NCBI GenBank assembly: GCA_951406725.2
Contig: OX597825.1
Coordinates: forward strand, 86,056,001 to 86,120,000
Reading direction: 5' to 3'
Length of the DNA stretch: 64,000 nucleotides
Source: Octopus vulgaris
Lineage: Eukaryota
The number at the start of each line of letters is the position of its first letter. Positions within the stretch are counted from its first letter, which is position 1. The translations under genes and the position numbers were made by a program. Under the pieces are notes generated by a model. The model searched no databases, had not been told where the DNA came from, and saw only the letters and a program-made list of their open reading frames with translations. This document shows positions 1 through 14,700 of this stretch, piece after piece.

Positions 1-108
1 GAAAGGAATCAGATAAGCCACAGCTTTCTTCATGACTCGAGCAGACTTGATAACTTGTGGCAGAAACATTTTGCCAGAACCAAACAAATCTCCGACTTTG
101 TTCATTCC
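1..108 (-). CDS. MTR: MTR exon 21, truncated by window edge ([36 protein letters not shown])
   Basis: ttccag acceptor at 109-110; [17 protein letters not shown] motif. Confidence 0.96.
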
Positions 109-3100
109 CTGGAAATAAAAAAAAAAAACAGATCTAACAATACTGTGAAATACTGGTTTCAAATTTTGGCACAAGGCCAGCAATTTAAGGGAAGCGAATA
201 AGTTGATTACATTGACCCCCAGTGAAAATCAATGGCTTTATCCCACGGGACACATTTCAGACAGGTTTAGTCCTTGATGATCCCATGCCTACAACATTTG
301 TCTCGAACACGCAATACCCCTTGCCAGAGCTGCCATGCCATGGACTTTTTGCAAGATGTCCATAATCCCCAAAGTGAAGGTTCTCCAGAAGAAACTGTAA
401 AAACTGCTCCCATAAATAACCAGAGGAACTCTGAGACGACCATTGCTCGTTACCTTTAGAGAAACCTTGAGTTGTTTCTTCCTGCCAATGGCTTTGAGAA
501 CAATAAAACTGATCGTAATAAAACTGACAGGTGCCTACCTTCATTAATGGCCCTTCAATTATCTTCAAAGGGATCGGATAAGCATCTACAGATTGGTGAG
601 CTTCTTGCACGTCTTGGATGATGTATTTGTCGATTCCCTTCAAGACACACAGACAAAAAACAATAAGATAAACAAAAAAGAAACAAACCAATTTCTTTCA
701 AACAATAAAATTAAAATTCCATTTTTATTTTTATTAATATGAATATATTTATTTATTTATTTATTGAGTGGTGTTAGATTTTATCAACCCTGAAGGGGTG
801 TAATGCAAAAATGATGTCAGCAGCATTTGAACTCAAAATGTAAATGGCTGAAATAAATGCCACAAAGCAATTCTAAAACAATTCCACAAATCTATGAACC
901 CATCATCATCATCACACCACCACCACCACCACCACCACCACCACCATCATCAGCTGGAGGTGTCATTAATGTCCCAGCTGTTCACTTCCCATGAACATTG
1001 TTTTTCAAGTCTCAAAGACTTTGCAGAGATTCCTTTCAATGCCAAGTAATGCTTTTGTTTTTTGCTTTTTTTTTTTGGATGTTCTCTATTTCCATTTTTT
1101 ATTCCAAACATTTCCAACCAATTCTTAATCTCTTTGATCACTCTACCAACAATTATTGGCACAATAATCACTCTTTTCATTGACCACAGTTTTTTTTATT
1201 TCTTTCCTCAAAACTTCCTTCCTTCGTTATTCATCTCTCACACCTTCCTTTCTCAGTCATACGACACTCTCTTTGCCATTCATCTCCTCAACCTTCACCT
1301 CTCACTCCACCTCTATCATATATATATATATACACAAATATATAAATGGACAACACTCATTATTATATTAGGAGATTATACATACATTTTAACACTTTAC
1401 AGTATACTTACATATATACATAATTCTATACATCGATCTAAAACAACAGGATTACGAAAGGAAGACCAGAATTTAAGACCACAATGCAGTATGCATTTCA
1501 TTACAATTATGATTTTTATGTTCAATGACGTTTCTCTACCAAAGTTCCTGTTGCATTTCAATAAGTGTTTCCAAAACTTTTACGTAGTGACTCCGAAAGA
1601 CTGATCGACACGTGTGCACTCAAGTCATGCAAATATTTTCCTTACCTAGACGACACATACACAGCATTACAAACACAGCTGCACACCACCCTCTTGCACA
1701 TTCCATGACTCCCAATGGGATCAATCAGATACCGGACAAGGTATATGGATTATTTTCCCCATTTGAGAGCGATCAGGTTCATTTTTATTATTCTCGTTTG
1801 TGAGAGCAGTCGAGTTTATTTCAGATATTCTCATTTTAAAAATTTATCTCTGGTTAATCATTGAGAGGACTCTGGTATTGCTTTGGCAGAGGTTTGTGCT
1901 CTCTGAGTTCTCTTATTGTTGTTGGTTGTTGTTGTTGTTGTTGCTGTTGTTAAGCAACAAGACGGGTAAGGGTGATTAGGTGATGGTCTAAGGCTTAGGA
2001 GCGGGAGACCCCAGAACTTTGACAAAAAAAAAAGAAATTGTTTGTCTTGTACTTGAGGGCTCTTTGTTGACGCCCGACACCACTGGGAGGTGGCCTCCGA
2101 AGTCGCTGGAAATGGAGATCTCCAAGTCCAAATTCTTGAACAACTGTTGTTGTTGTTGTTGGTGGTGGTGGTGTTGGTGTTGTTGTTATTATTATAGACT
2201 AATAGTTCGGTTGCTGAGTACAGTTTAGTTTGTTCGATATAATAAAGTAATAAAGGGAAAATGCCTGACCTTCACAAGAGAATAAACGAGACGCTCCTCC
2301 AGGGGCAAACTGCGCCATTCTTCCTCCGTCACATTCTTCTTCGCAGTTTTATCCAATTTCTGTGGACAGACATGAGAAATATATATATGTGTGTGTGTAT
2401 GTGAATGTGTGTGTGTGTGTGTGAATGTGTGTGTGTGTATGTGAATGTGTGTGTGTGTATGTGAATGTGTGTGTGTGTATGTGAATGTGTGTGTGTGTAT
2501 GTGATGTGTGTGTGTGTGTATGAATGTGTGTGTGTGTGTGTGAATGTGTGTGTGTGTATGTGAATGTGTGTGTGTGTATGTGAATGTGTGTGTGTGTATG
2601 TGAATGTGTGTGTGTGTATGTGAATGTGTGTGTGTGTGTGTGTGGACATACGTACATATGTGTATGTACATTATTAAAACTTGTATTTCTTGCCTTACCT
2701 CTGCGTACATTAACATCTGTTCGGTGCCATCTGGAATTGTATTCCATATTATGTCTTCGCACAGACGAAGAAGGTTTTCTTCAATATCCGAATACAATGG
2801 GAGATTGCCAGCATTGACAATTCCAAGATCCATTCCAGCCTTTCAAACAGAAAAAAACAACATCAAGAAATTAATACACAAAAACAAACAAAAACAGAAA
2901 CAATTCAACACACAGGCCATCATCATCATCATCATCACCACCAACACTATCATCATCATCAGCAGCAGCAGCATCATTTAATGTCTCTGTTCTGTGCTGG
3001 CATGGAGTGGACCATTTTTGACAATTTCCATCATTAGCCATCTTTTATGTGGAATAGTTACATTTGACTGCAGAAAAACCAATGTCTTCCAAACGAGTGA

Positions 3101-4598
3101 ATTTATGATTTATTAAATTTTGTGTTCGTTTTGGAAATAACTTTTCTTTGATGCCTGCTCATATTCCAGATTTTCCCATATCTTGTTATTAGCTTTTTTA
3201 CGGCTGGTTTCGAACGACGGAGTCCTTAAATCCACATTCGGTATTTCCAGAATAAATTCATTTCTGGAAAATAAAATTGCGAAGATCTGGAAACGTCAGA
3301 AAAGACTTAGTAGCTCTACCGACTCAAAACAACTGCTACAAAAAAAAAAAAGAAAATATAGAAGAATCTACAAAATAAAAGATAAAACTTTAACGCCACC
3401 GCCACCGCCGCCATCGTCACATCATAATTAATCAAATGTAAAGCTTCATGTGTTTATTATTGCTAATTATTTTAGGTGGTTAATTAGTAAGGTCGTTAGA
3501 GCACTGGGCTGAGAGTTCCTCATATTTGTTTGTTGTGAATCGGAACAGTCCAAGATCAAATCATATTCAAAGGTGCAGGAGTGGCTGTGCGGTAAGTAGC
3601 TTGCTTACCAACCACATGGTTCTGGGTTCAGTCCCACTGCGTGGCAGATTCCATGATCAGGCTGTTCCACTGATCGGGTCATCTGGAACACTCGTCCTCA
3701 TAACCTGGGGAGTTCCAGTTTATGCTTTTCCCTCTCTATGTGTTTGAAGCTGAGATTTCCTCTAACTATAACGCAGAGGTTTCCAAAGATCTCTGATTCG
3801 GTTCAGATTGAACTAAAGCCTCAAAGACAAGGTTAATCAGCCACAAAACCATTTTATTCCAAAGTAGAAGAATCAGATATTTACCTTGATAGCATGATAC
3901 AAAAACACACTGTGCATTGCTTCACGGATTTGGTTTTTACCACGAAATGCAAAAGAAAGATTGGAAATCCCACCACTGATCTTCACACCAACGAGATTTT
4001 TCTGAAAAACAACAACAATCATAACAACAACAACAATAATAATAATAATAATAGTAATAATAATAATAATAATAATAGTAATAGTAATAATAATAATAAT
4101 AATAATATGTTTTCTCTTGGTATAAAAGATGGGCTACAGCAAATATTCTGCTCAATACTACAGATTTGCATTGTCAGTTGTTTGACCTTAACCAGTTGAG
4201 CATGTCCCTTAGTGGCTGACGATATGTGCATCTCTGATCACGAGCAGAAGTAGTGGGGGAGCATCATAGCCGTGTGTTGAGAGGGATTCTTTGGGGTTTG
4301 AATAATTCACCTCTGGAAACATGGGTGTTTCATTCAATATCCTTAAACAACCCTTATTCAGGGACCTTTTGAGCAGGATGGGTTACTCGACCAGAAGAAA
4401 ATTCTAACTGGGCCCCACCTGCAAGGTCATGTACTGTTTATCTTAATATGAGATCACTATGTTGCACACATATGGTTGTGATGCATGTGCCTGGTGTACC
4501 CTTATCAGACGGGTAGTCATGATGAGTATACTGGGTTTCGCATATTTTGCCCCAGTGTCATTTTGATGGCATGCACTGCTCTCTCACTCAATAATAAT

Positions 4599-4640
<42 letters not shown>

Positions 4641-6391
4641 CATGAAGAAGAAGAAGAAGATGAAGAAACAACAAAAGCTATAAAACAAATGAAATCCAAA
4701 CTAAAAATAGAACAGCAACGAACCATGATAAAACGATGGCAAGAAAAGCCCCTTCATGGTAAATACTGGACTAAACTAAACGCAAAAGAAATAGACAAAG
4801 AAAAATCCCAGCAATGGTTGAGAAGCTCAGGACTCAAAGCAGAAACAGAGGGATTTTTAATTGCAGCACAAGACCAAAGCCTCCCCACCAGAAATTACCA
4901 AAAACATGTAATGAAAAGAAATATTACAAGTAACTGCAGAATATGTGGAGATGGACAAGAAACAATAAATCATATTATCTCTAGCTGCCCAGTCTTGGCT
5001 AAGAAGGAATATATTCACAGACATGACAGAGTTGGAACCTACATACATTGGAAGCTATGCCAACATTATGGAATAACAACAGAAAAAAGATGGTATAGGC
5101 ACACACCAGAAAAGGTCACAGAAAACGAGAAAGCAACCATACTCTGGGATATGCCGATACACACAGATAGAGAAATTAAGGCCAACAGACCAGATATAGT
5201 TGTCAGAGATCATGAAGAAAAAAATGCTTTCTAATTGATGTATCAATACCGGCTGATGACAACGTGTCTCTAAAAGAAATGGAGAAACTCTCAAAATACA
5301 AAGACCTGGAAATAGAGGTAACTAGAATGTGGAATCTAAAAACAGAAACAATTCCTATCATAGTAGGTGCATTAGGCATGATAAAAAAATATTCAGACAA
5401 ATACATAACAAAAACACCAGGACTTACAAACACATATAACATACAGAAAATTGCACTACTAGGCACTGCACACATCCTACGCAGAACACTTTCCATACAA
5501 TAACCATCAGAGCATCACAACAAATCACAGCACATACCCAAGGCACACAGAGCTGTGCTCGGTAGTGAAGTGAAAGCACGCTATAAAAATAAAACTACTG
5601 AATAATTATAATAATAATAATAATGATAATAGGAAACCAGACATAGTCTTAATTGAGAAAGAAAGCAAACTATGCTGGATCATAGATATAGCATGCCCAG
5701 CTGACAACAAGGTATGCGATAAGGAAGAAAGAAAAGTCGATAGATAGGACAGGTTAGCTTGGGAGGTTAAACAGTTATGGTCGATGAAAAAGGTAGCAGT
5801 AGTACCAATAATTGTGGGAACCCTGGGAACAGTGAGTAAAAATCTCAAGAAGTATGTGGAACAAATAGGGGGTGCAATAAGGGTGGCAGTGGTGATAAAG
5901 ACAGAAACACAAGAGTTTGCAGTCACTCATTCAATAAATCCTCATTCTTCTGCAAAAAATCCAATTAGTCTAAAACCATTACCAACCTTGACAATTCTTG
6001 TGGCATCAATGAAGTTTTTACCATAATCATTGTGTTCTTCTATTCCTGTAGCAATGGTCAGAATGTTCAAATCAAATATGATATTCTGGGGCAAGAATTT
6101 AACCACTTTGGTAAGAATTTTATACGATCGCTCACAGATCTCGACTTTTCTCTCAACACTGGTCGCCTGCATTAAAAATACAAATCAGTCGTTATTTTTA
6201 TTGCTAATCAATCAACAGGGAAAGAGGTGGTGGAGGTGGTTGTAATGGTAGAGGGAAGGGGTGACCATAGTGGTGGTGGTGGTGGTGGTGGTGGCTGTCG
6301 TCATTGTCGTCGTCGTCATCGTAGTAGTAGTAGCAGCAGCAGCAGTAGTGGTTGTGGTAGTAGTAGTAGTAGTAGTAGTAATAGTATAGTA

Positions 6392-6477
<86 letters not shown>

Positions 6478-6565
6478 TGGGTGGTGGTGGTAAGAGTAGT
6501 GGTTACATAGCTGTAACTGACTTTATCAATGGTAGTGGTGGGAGATGGTGACAATAAGGATGACA

Positions 6566-6599
<34 letters not shown>

Positions 6600-8282
6600 C
6601 GATGATGATGATGACGATGATGATAGCAATGATGATGATGATGATGGTGATGATGGTATGGTGTTGGTAAACCCAAATGCACCTCACCTGACCTTCCTCA
6701 TCAAAGCACATCACAATGACGCAGGCGCCATACCGTTTGATGCATTTCGCTTTCTCTATGAAATCCTGCTCCCCCTCCTTCAGGCTGATGCTGTTGACGA
6801 TGCACTTGCCCTGGCAACACTTGAGGCCAGCCTCGATCACCGAGAAATTGGACGAATCGATACAGAGGGGAACCTAGGGAAGATAAAAAGGGAATAACAA
6901 TAATGGTAATAATGACAACGATAAGAGGAATAACAGTAATGATGGGAATAACTTTAATGATCGGAATAACAATTATGGGAATAACTAATAATGGGAATAA
7001 CAGTAATGATCGAATAACTAATAATCCTTTTTACTATAACCACAAGAATGTAATAACAGAAGTAAGTAATAATTGCAATGTTGGTGGTAATAACAGAAAT
7101 GATATAAGTAAGTCAAAGTAGTGAAAGAAGGTAAGAATTGCAGGAATAACAATAAAAACAGAACACAAATGATGGAACTGATAGGAGCCTAAAGACAGGT
7201 GTTGAAAGATGAAGAGGGAGAGACAAAGGTAATGATAACAATAACAGTGAGAAGAGGTGGTGGTGGTGGTGGTGGAATGGTGGTGGTGGTGGTGGTTGTG
7301 TTAGTATTAATGGAATGGTTGTGATGGACATAGAATAACGTTACAACAACAACAACAACTACAAGACTGTGCACTGAACCTTTGCAATATCAGGATCCGA
7401 TGCAATGAAATTCACAAAGGTTGCCATTTCTTCCTCGCTGTTGAGCATTCCTTCATCCATGTTGACATCGAGGATTTGTGCCCCATTGGCCACTTGGTCT
7501 TTGGCAATTGCAAGGGCATTCTGCAACAACAACAACAACAACGCAATGAATATGAAACAAGTCAGAAATCAACAACAACAACAGCAACATGAAGAAAATT
7601 TGAGCAAGAATCAATTTAGACACGAATAAAGTATTATTCCATAACAGATTACTAACGTGACATAATACTTTAACACTAATGTGACACAACACTAATGTGA
7701 CATGATACTTTAACACTAATGCAACATAACACTAATGTGACACAACACTAACGTGACATAATACTTTAACACTAATGCAACACAACACTAATGTGGCATA
7801 AGTCATCAATCTGGCAGAACCATGAGCAACCTGGGTCAAATGTCTGCCGGCATTTTGTCTGTCTTCACATTCTGAGTTGAAATTCTGCTGAGGTTGGCTT
7901 TACTTTCCATCCTTTCAGCGTTGATAAAATAAGTACCAGTTAAATGCTGGGGTCAATATAAAATCATCCTTTCCCCATCCTTTGAATTGCTGGCCCTATA
8001 CCATAAACACATCTAGGCCTCACCTCATAATCTTGTTTCTTTATAAGATTTGAAAATCTCTTTGACCCAGCCACATTACATCTTTCCCCAATGTTCACGA
8101 AATTGGTGTAGGGTCCAATAACCATCGGTTCCAAACCTAGAAATACAAAAAAAAAACACAAAAATAAACAGTGAAACAAAGCAAAATAAAAGAGAAGGCA
8201 GCAACAACAACAACAACAACAGTTAAAAGGTTGGCAGCAAGGTTTTCATATCTTGTTTCCTATGCTTTTATAATATTTGACA

Positions 8283-8357
<75 letters not shown>

Positions 8358-8980
8358 ACTATTTCATTTTTATCTCAACACAAAGTCTGTGTGCTGGTTG
8401 TCTTGGTATGCAAATTTTCAATATTTTACATTTGAAATCATTCTAAAACAGATTTAGACATCAACATATCTTTTATTCCTGATATTCTTTTGTTTGTTTC
8501 AGTCATTTAACTGTGGCCATACTGGAGCACCGCCTTTAGTCAAGCAAATCAACCCCAGGACTTATTCTTTGTAAGCCTAGTACTTATTCTATCGGTCTCT
8601 CTTGCCAAATCGCTAAGTGACGGGGACATAAACACACCAGCATTGGTTGTCAAGTAATGTTGGGGGGGACAAACATAGACACACAAACATATACACACAA
8701 ATACATATATATACGACAGGCTTCTTTCAGTTTCCATCTACCAGATCCACTCACAAAACTTTGCTCAGCCCAAGGCTATAGGAGGCACTTGCCCAAGGTG
8801 CCACGTAGTAGGGCTGAACCCAGAACCATGTGGTTGGGAAGCAAGCTACTTACCACACAGCCACTCCTGCGCCTATTATGTTTCTCTTTGGTAAAGTTAA
8901 AAGAAATTATGGTTTTTTTTACATATTTTTATGTAGGTCTTCACTGGTCCTCTCCACCACTAGTCATTGATGGTGACATC

Positions 8981-9014
<34 letters not shown>

Positions 9015-9676
9015 TCATCATAATCATCACCATCATCATCATAATTATAAGCTTTGTGGTGAATTGCCAATTAAAGCAAGACAGCAGTGAATGGTAGAAT
9101 TGGTAGCACATGTGTGTATATGTATATATATATGTATGTGTGTGTGTGTTTGTATTTAGGCCCTAATACCACCTGTCAACTAGTATTGGTTTGTTTGTGT
9201 CCCTGTAACTTAGTAGTTCAACAGAAGAGACCAATAAAATAAATACCAGGCTTACAAAAAATAAAATATGTCCTGCGGCTGATTTGTTTGAGTAAAACCC
9301 TTCAAGGCAGTGCTGCCCCAGCATGGCCAGGGTCCAAAGACTGAAACTAGTAAAAAATAAGAAATGTGTGTATACACACTCACACACACACATACCCACA
9401 CAACTGATACATGCACATGCACACACACATCTATAAACCCCTCATTGGAAATGTAAATAGAAACACCAGTCAACATACCTGATAGCTGAGTATAGGAAGG
9501 ACTCAAAGGAACGGAACGCTGCCTTGGTGCTAAGCCTTTCATTGCCTCAGCAATGGCCCTGGATAATCAGATAATTGCAAACTCTGTCACACTTGGATTA
9601 CATTAACACCAGATATTACATACATGTAGACATACACACATGAATATTAGATATATGTATGTATGTATGTATTATG

Positions 9677-9742
<66 letters not shown>

Positions 9743-9791
9743 TATACATATATATATACATATATATATATACATATATATCTATACATAC

Positions 9792-9861
<70 letters not shown>

Positions 9862-11164
9862 ATGTATATAATATTATACAGGGTGACCCAAAAAGACAGA
9901 AACCATAAAAATGTTATTAAATTCCACTAAGGTTCAGCAAATTTTGTGCATTGTAGAAGTATAAACAATTTTATTGTGGGCGAATTTTAGCAGCAAAATC
10001 TTCTGTGGACCCCCAGGGAACATGTGGACCCTGGTCAAGCAGCACTGCTTTAGAGCATCTGATTTATAATCCAAACATAATTGCAAGAGCTGTTAAAGTA
10101 TAAAGAAATAATTGGTAAAGTCTCTACAGCTGTTTCTAGAGTAGCTGTGCTTATGGTGCATTGGTCATTGAGCTACAATTTCCATATAAACCAACTGCAC
10201 AATCTTCAGAGAGGAAGAAAAGGAATTAAAAGCAATAGTCATAATAATGATTTTTTTTATTGGCCACAAAGGCCCAAGATATTGAGAATGATATGAAAGG
10301 ATGAGAAGAGGTTAGCAATTACATCAACCCCAGTATTCAACTGGTATTTGTTTTATCAACCCCAAAAGGAAGAAAAACAAAGCCAACCCTGGCAGAATTT
10401 GAACTCAGAATTTAAAGAGTTGATAGAAATATCTGTAAGCAGTTTGTCTGGCATGCTAACCATGCTGCCACAGTAGACTACAATAAACTACAATGAACAA
10501 CAATGAACTCCAGTGAACTCCAGTGAACAACAATGAACCACAGTGAACCACTGTGTATAAACTGAAGAATTATGAACACCAATAAACACCAGAGAACCAC
10601 TTCATTCTGCTTCACTGTATCTCTTATGATAAAGATTATAAAGTTAAAATAATGAGGTGACATGAAAAGAGAGCCCAAACCTTATATGTGCAGGAGTCGA
10701 GCCACAACATCCTCCAATGATATTTACAAGTCCATCTGCAGCAAAAGACTGAAAGACAAAACATACATCATTCATACGTATTGGGTGTTTATATATATTT
10801 TTTACAAGATTATATATGTATATTTATTTATTTAATTATTTTGTTTGTATCTTAGACCTGAAGAGTAGCTATATTTAAATTGAATTGATTTAACTGTTAT
10901 CAGTTTTTAAATATAGCCACAAAACACATGTAGTCATTTTACCAATTATCTACTTTTTATTTATTATTTTGTACATTACTTAATCATTGGTAAATGTTTT
11001 TATCTTATATTTATTTTTTTCTATATGGTATAATTTAATTATTTCATTGTTGAATTGATAAAAGGTATTTTTTTTCTAATTTATTTATATATATATATAT
11101 CATCATCATCATCATCATCATCATCATAATTGTTTAACATCTGCCTTCCATGATGGCATGGATT

Positions 11165-11250
<86 letters not shown>

Positions 11251-11757
11251 GTGTGCATCTGTGTGTGTGTATGTGTACAGCAATGTAGAGAAACAGTGGC
11301 AGGATTTGGAGAGAAGTAGAGTGAGAGGAAGATAAAGAGAATGACGAGAGAATGTTATAAAGATGATTGGAAGGGAAAGATAACTCAACTCTCCCCATGC
11401 ATACGTGCATAATATGAAGATATTAAAAGCACTGAAGAATTGTTTTAACAAATAAAAGATTGACTGTAAAAACAGGAAGTTACTGAAAAAACTTTTAGGC
11501 TTTGGTCAACATTTTTCTTACCAAATTTGGAATCTATAATGATAAATTAATCGATTGGTTGACTCCCAAATGAGTAAAAGATTACAAACCTTTAAGTTAG
11601 CTGCCATCATTTCTTCAGTCTCATCATATTCACCAAATGCATTTGGTAAACCTTCACACAGATGAATTAAACAAATATTATATACACAATCATATTTATA
11701 TATGTATATACATATCATAAATAAAATACAAAAAACCAGCCTTCTACATTTTTAATA

Positions 11758-11798
<41 letters not shown>

Positions 11799-14700
11799 AT
11801 AATCTAAATGGTGACAAGGGTGTATATTTGTGTGGGAGATCAATATGAGATCAATATTAACCACACATGAACAGACTTACCTGCGTTAGGGTAACAGATG
11901 ACAAAAGCCTCAGAATTTTTGGAAATGATTTCAATGAAGGGTCTCATGAGCTTGGCCCCTAAGGAACAGTTCAGCCCTAAACTGGGATTCAAGAAACAAA
12001 ACAAAAACAAACACAATAAACATCATTATCATTAAAGACAGAGGAGAAAGGAGAAAGGGGGGAGGAGAGGGCGAGGAGGGGCGGGGAGCAGGAGAGAGGG
12101 GGATAGATAGAGACAGACAGATAGAAAGAGAGATATATAGAAAGAAAATGGAGTAGAGCGAAAGAGAGAGACAACGGGGTCGAGAGAGAGAAAAAGAGAG
12201 GTAGAAAAAGAGAATGAGAATGGTTAGAGAGAAAGAGAGAGCGAAAGAGGGAAAGGAAGTGAGAGAGAGAAAGAAGAATTTTGGAATGTTGTTGGGAAGT
12301 AATTGTGTGAGAAGAGAAGGAAGATAAGAATGAAGAAGAAGAAGAAGAAGAAGAGAAGGAAATAGTCTTACCACATTGGATTGGTGTGAGATACGCTAAT
12401 CATGAAAGCCTCTGTTGTTTGTCCTGATAACGTCCGACCACTCAGATCCACAATGGTACCACTGACCTGAAGACGGAATCACAAGTTTACAATTCTGAGA
12501 TAAACTTCCAAAATTAGTCATTCTTTGGTGCTGTTTTTAGAAAATTGGGGCAAAGTTTCTTGGCCCAAAACACAAACACACAAATAAATATACATTCAAG
12601 ATCCACATTCACTGTGGCTCAATGGTGAACAAGTTATCTTGCCAACCCTGAAGTAGCAGGTTCAATTCCAAAAAGAAGCAGGACTGGGCCAGTGTTTTTA
12701 GCACAGTTTCAGGTTGATTAAGACAATGCAAATAAAACTGGGGTAAATGGATACTGTTATAGAAACCTGTTGATTAGATTTTACCTGTGATCCAAAGGTC
12801 CAGTTTGGTCACACTGTCTCAGCCTAATTCCATCAGAGAATTACATAAACCTTTTAGCATTCAGATTTTTGAGTTAATCCTGGATTATCTCGTAGCTTTG
12901 AGATTTTGATGATGCAATTGTTTATTTTTAGAATGACATTGTAGGGCAGGTGTGAGAGGAGGGATCTGACAGGTTTAAACATAAAACAGTTTAAATCCTA
13001 AAGGGTTAACGCTATAAGTGGCTATGGAATACTCAACCACTTTGTTTCTTGATTCAGTGAATTGATTGTTCAGTCAATCAAACATTATTCTTTTACTTGT
13101 TTCAATCATTTTGACTGTGGCCATGCTGGAGTACCACCTTTAGTCGAAGAAATCAACCCCAGGACTAATTCTTTGTAAGCCCAGTACTTATTCTATCAGT
13201 CTCTTTTGCTGAACCACTAAGTTACAGGGATGTAAACACACCAGCATCGGTTGTCAAGTGATGGCGGGGGACAAATACAGATACACAAACCATACACATG
13301 CACATACATGTATATATACAATGGGCTTCTTTCCGTTTCCATCTACCAAATTCACTCAAACAACTTTGGTCGGCTCGAGGCTATAGTAGAAGACACTTGC
13401 CCAAGGTGTCTATGTGGAGGTTTATTTGAAATCACACACACTCACACACACACACACACATACACACACACACACACAGAATCAGGGCTATCTACTTATT
13501 GTGTCACATGACTCTAGGGTCCTTAAAGAGCTCCTACACTGTGCATGTAGAAAGATCCTGGTTTCAAATCACAGGGGCAGCCCACCCAGAGGGCTTCCAT
13601 GCAGTTTCCATCTACCCAATGTTTCACTCACAGGGCTTGGATCAAATGAAATGAAGATGACTGCCTGTGCATGTATGTGTGTGTGTGTGTGTCTGTCCCC
13701 CACTAATACTTGACAACCGGCGTTGGTGTGTTTACATCCCTGTAACTTAGCAGTTCGGCAAAAGAAACTGATAGAATATGTACCAGTCTTAGAAAACAGA
13801 AAAAATCCTGGGGCTGATTCGTTTGACTAAAATTCCTCAACATGGTGCTCCAGCATGGTCGCAGTCAAAGGAGTAAAACAAATAAAAAGATGAAGAAAAA
13901 AATAAAGCATAAAGGCAATGCAGATGAACCATGGACCCTTCAGTCCTCAGTCATTAGTCTAAGAGACTAACGACTAACCCAGGTATATATGAGACAGATG
14001 TAGACATCACTCTTGGATTAAAGAAGTCTGTTTGGGGAAAACATGGTTTTGAGTTTAATCCAATTGCCTGACACCTTGAGCATGTTCTTCAGCTCCAGAC
14101 ACAGGTTGACCATGATTGGTGGTCAGGGTTCAATTCGTTAGAAATGAATTGGTTTCTAATGGACACAAAATAATGAAATAAGGGAATTGATTAAAACTTA
14201 CAAAAATTGGACATTTTCTGTTTGTTTCTTCAAACAATTCATCAAGGGCAAAAAAGGCTGCCTAAAAGACAAAACAAAATTCTTATTAGAAATCATTATT
14301 TATTATGATCAGTACCATTATTGTTGTCATTGTCGTTGTTGTTGTCATTGTATCTCTAGCTCTTTATCTCCTCTCACTTACTCTCTTTGTCTCTCTCTCT
14401 CTCTCTATCTGTCTTTCTCTTTTTTCTCTCTCTCTCTCTCTGTCCTCTCTCCTTCTCTACCCCTCTCTGCCCCCTCTCTCTCTCTCTCTCTCACCTTGGC
14501 ATTTGCTGTATCAAATATGGTTTCCACCAGAAACACATCGACCCCTCCATCCAACAAACCCTGAGCTTGTTCTTTATAAGCTGCCACAAGTTGATCAAAA
14601 GCTGAAGAAGAGAACAAAACGTAATTAAATTAATCACCAGATCTCATCAAACCTTTCAACAGTTTCTTCTTCTCTTTTAATAAACTCTTTCTATTTACAT

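Noticed and set aside
1062-1604. 180-aa hydrophobic ORF
   Set aside because: Low-complexity T/C-rich intron sequence antisense to MTR, with no recognisable domain
2225-2833. 202-aa and overlapping His/Thr-rich ORFs
   Set aside because: Read-through of MTR exons 18-19 across a (GT)-derived minisatellite intron; not a separate protein
9640-9930. Poly-YI ORFs, and similar poly-N/D/S/L and CV ORFs throughout the track
   Set aside because: Translations of (TA)n, (AAT)n, (GAT)n, (CT)n and (GT)n microsatellites
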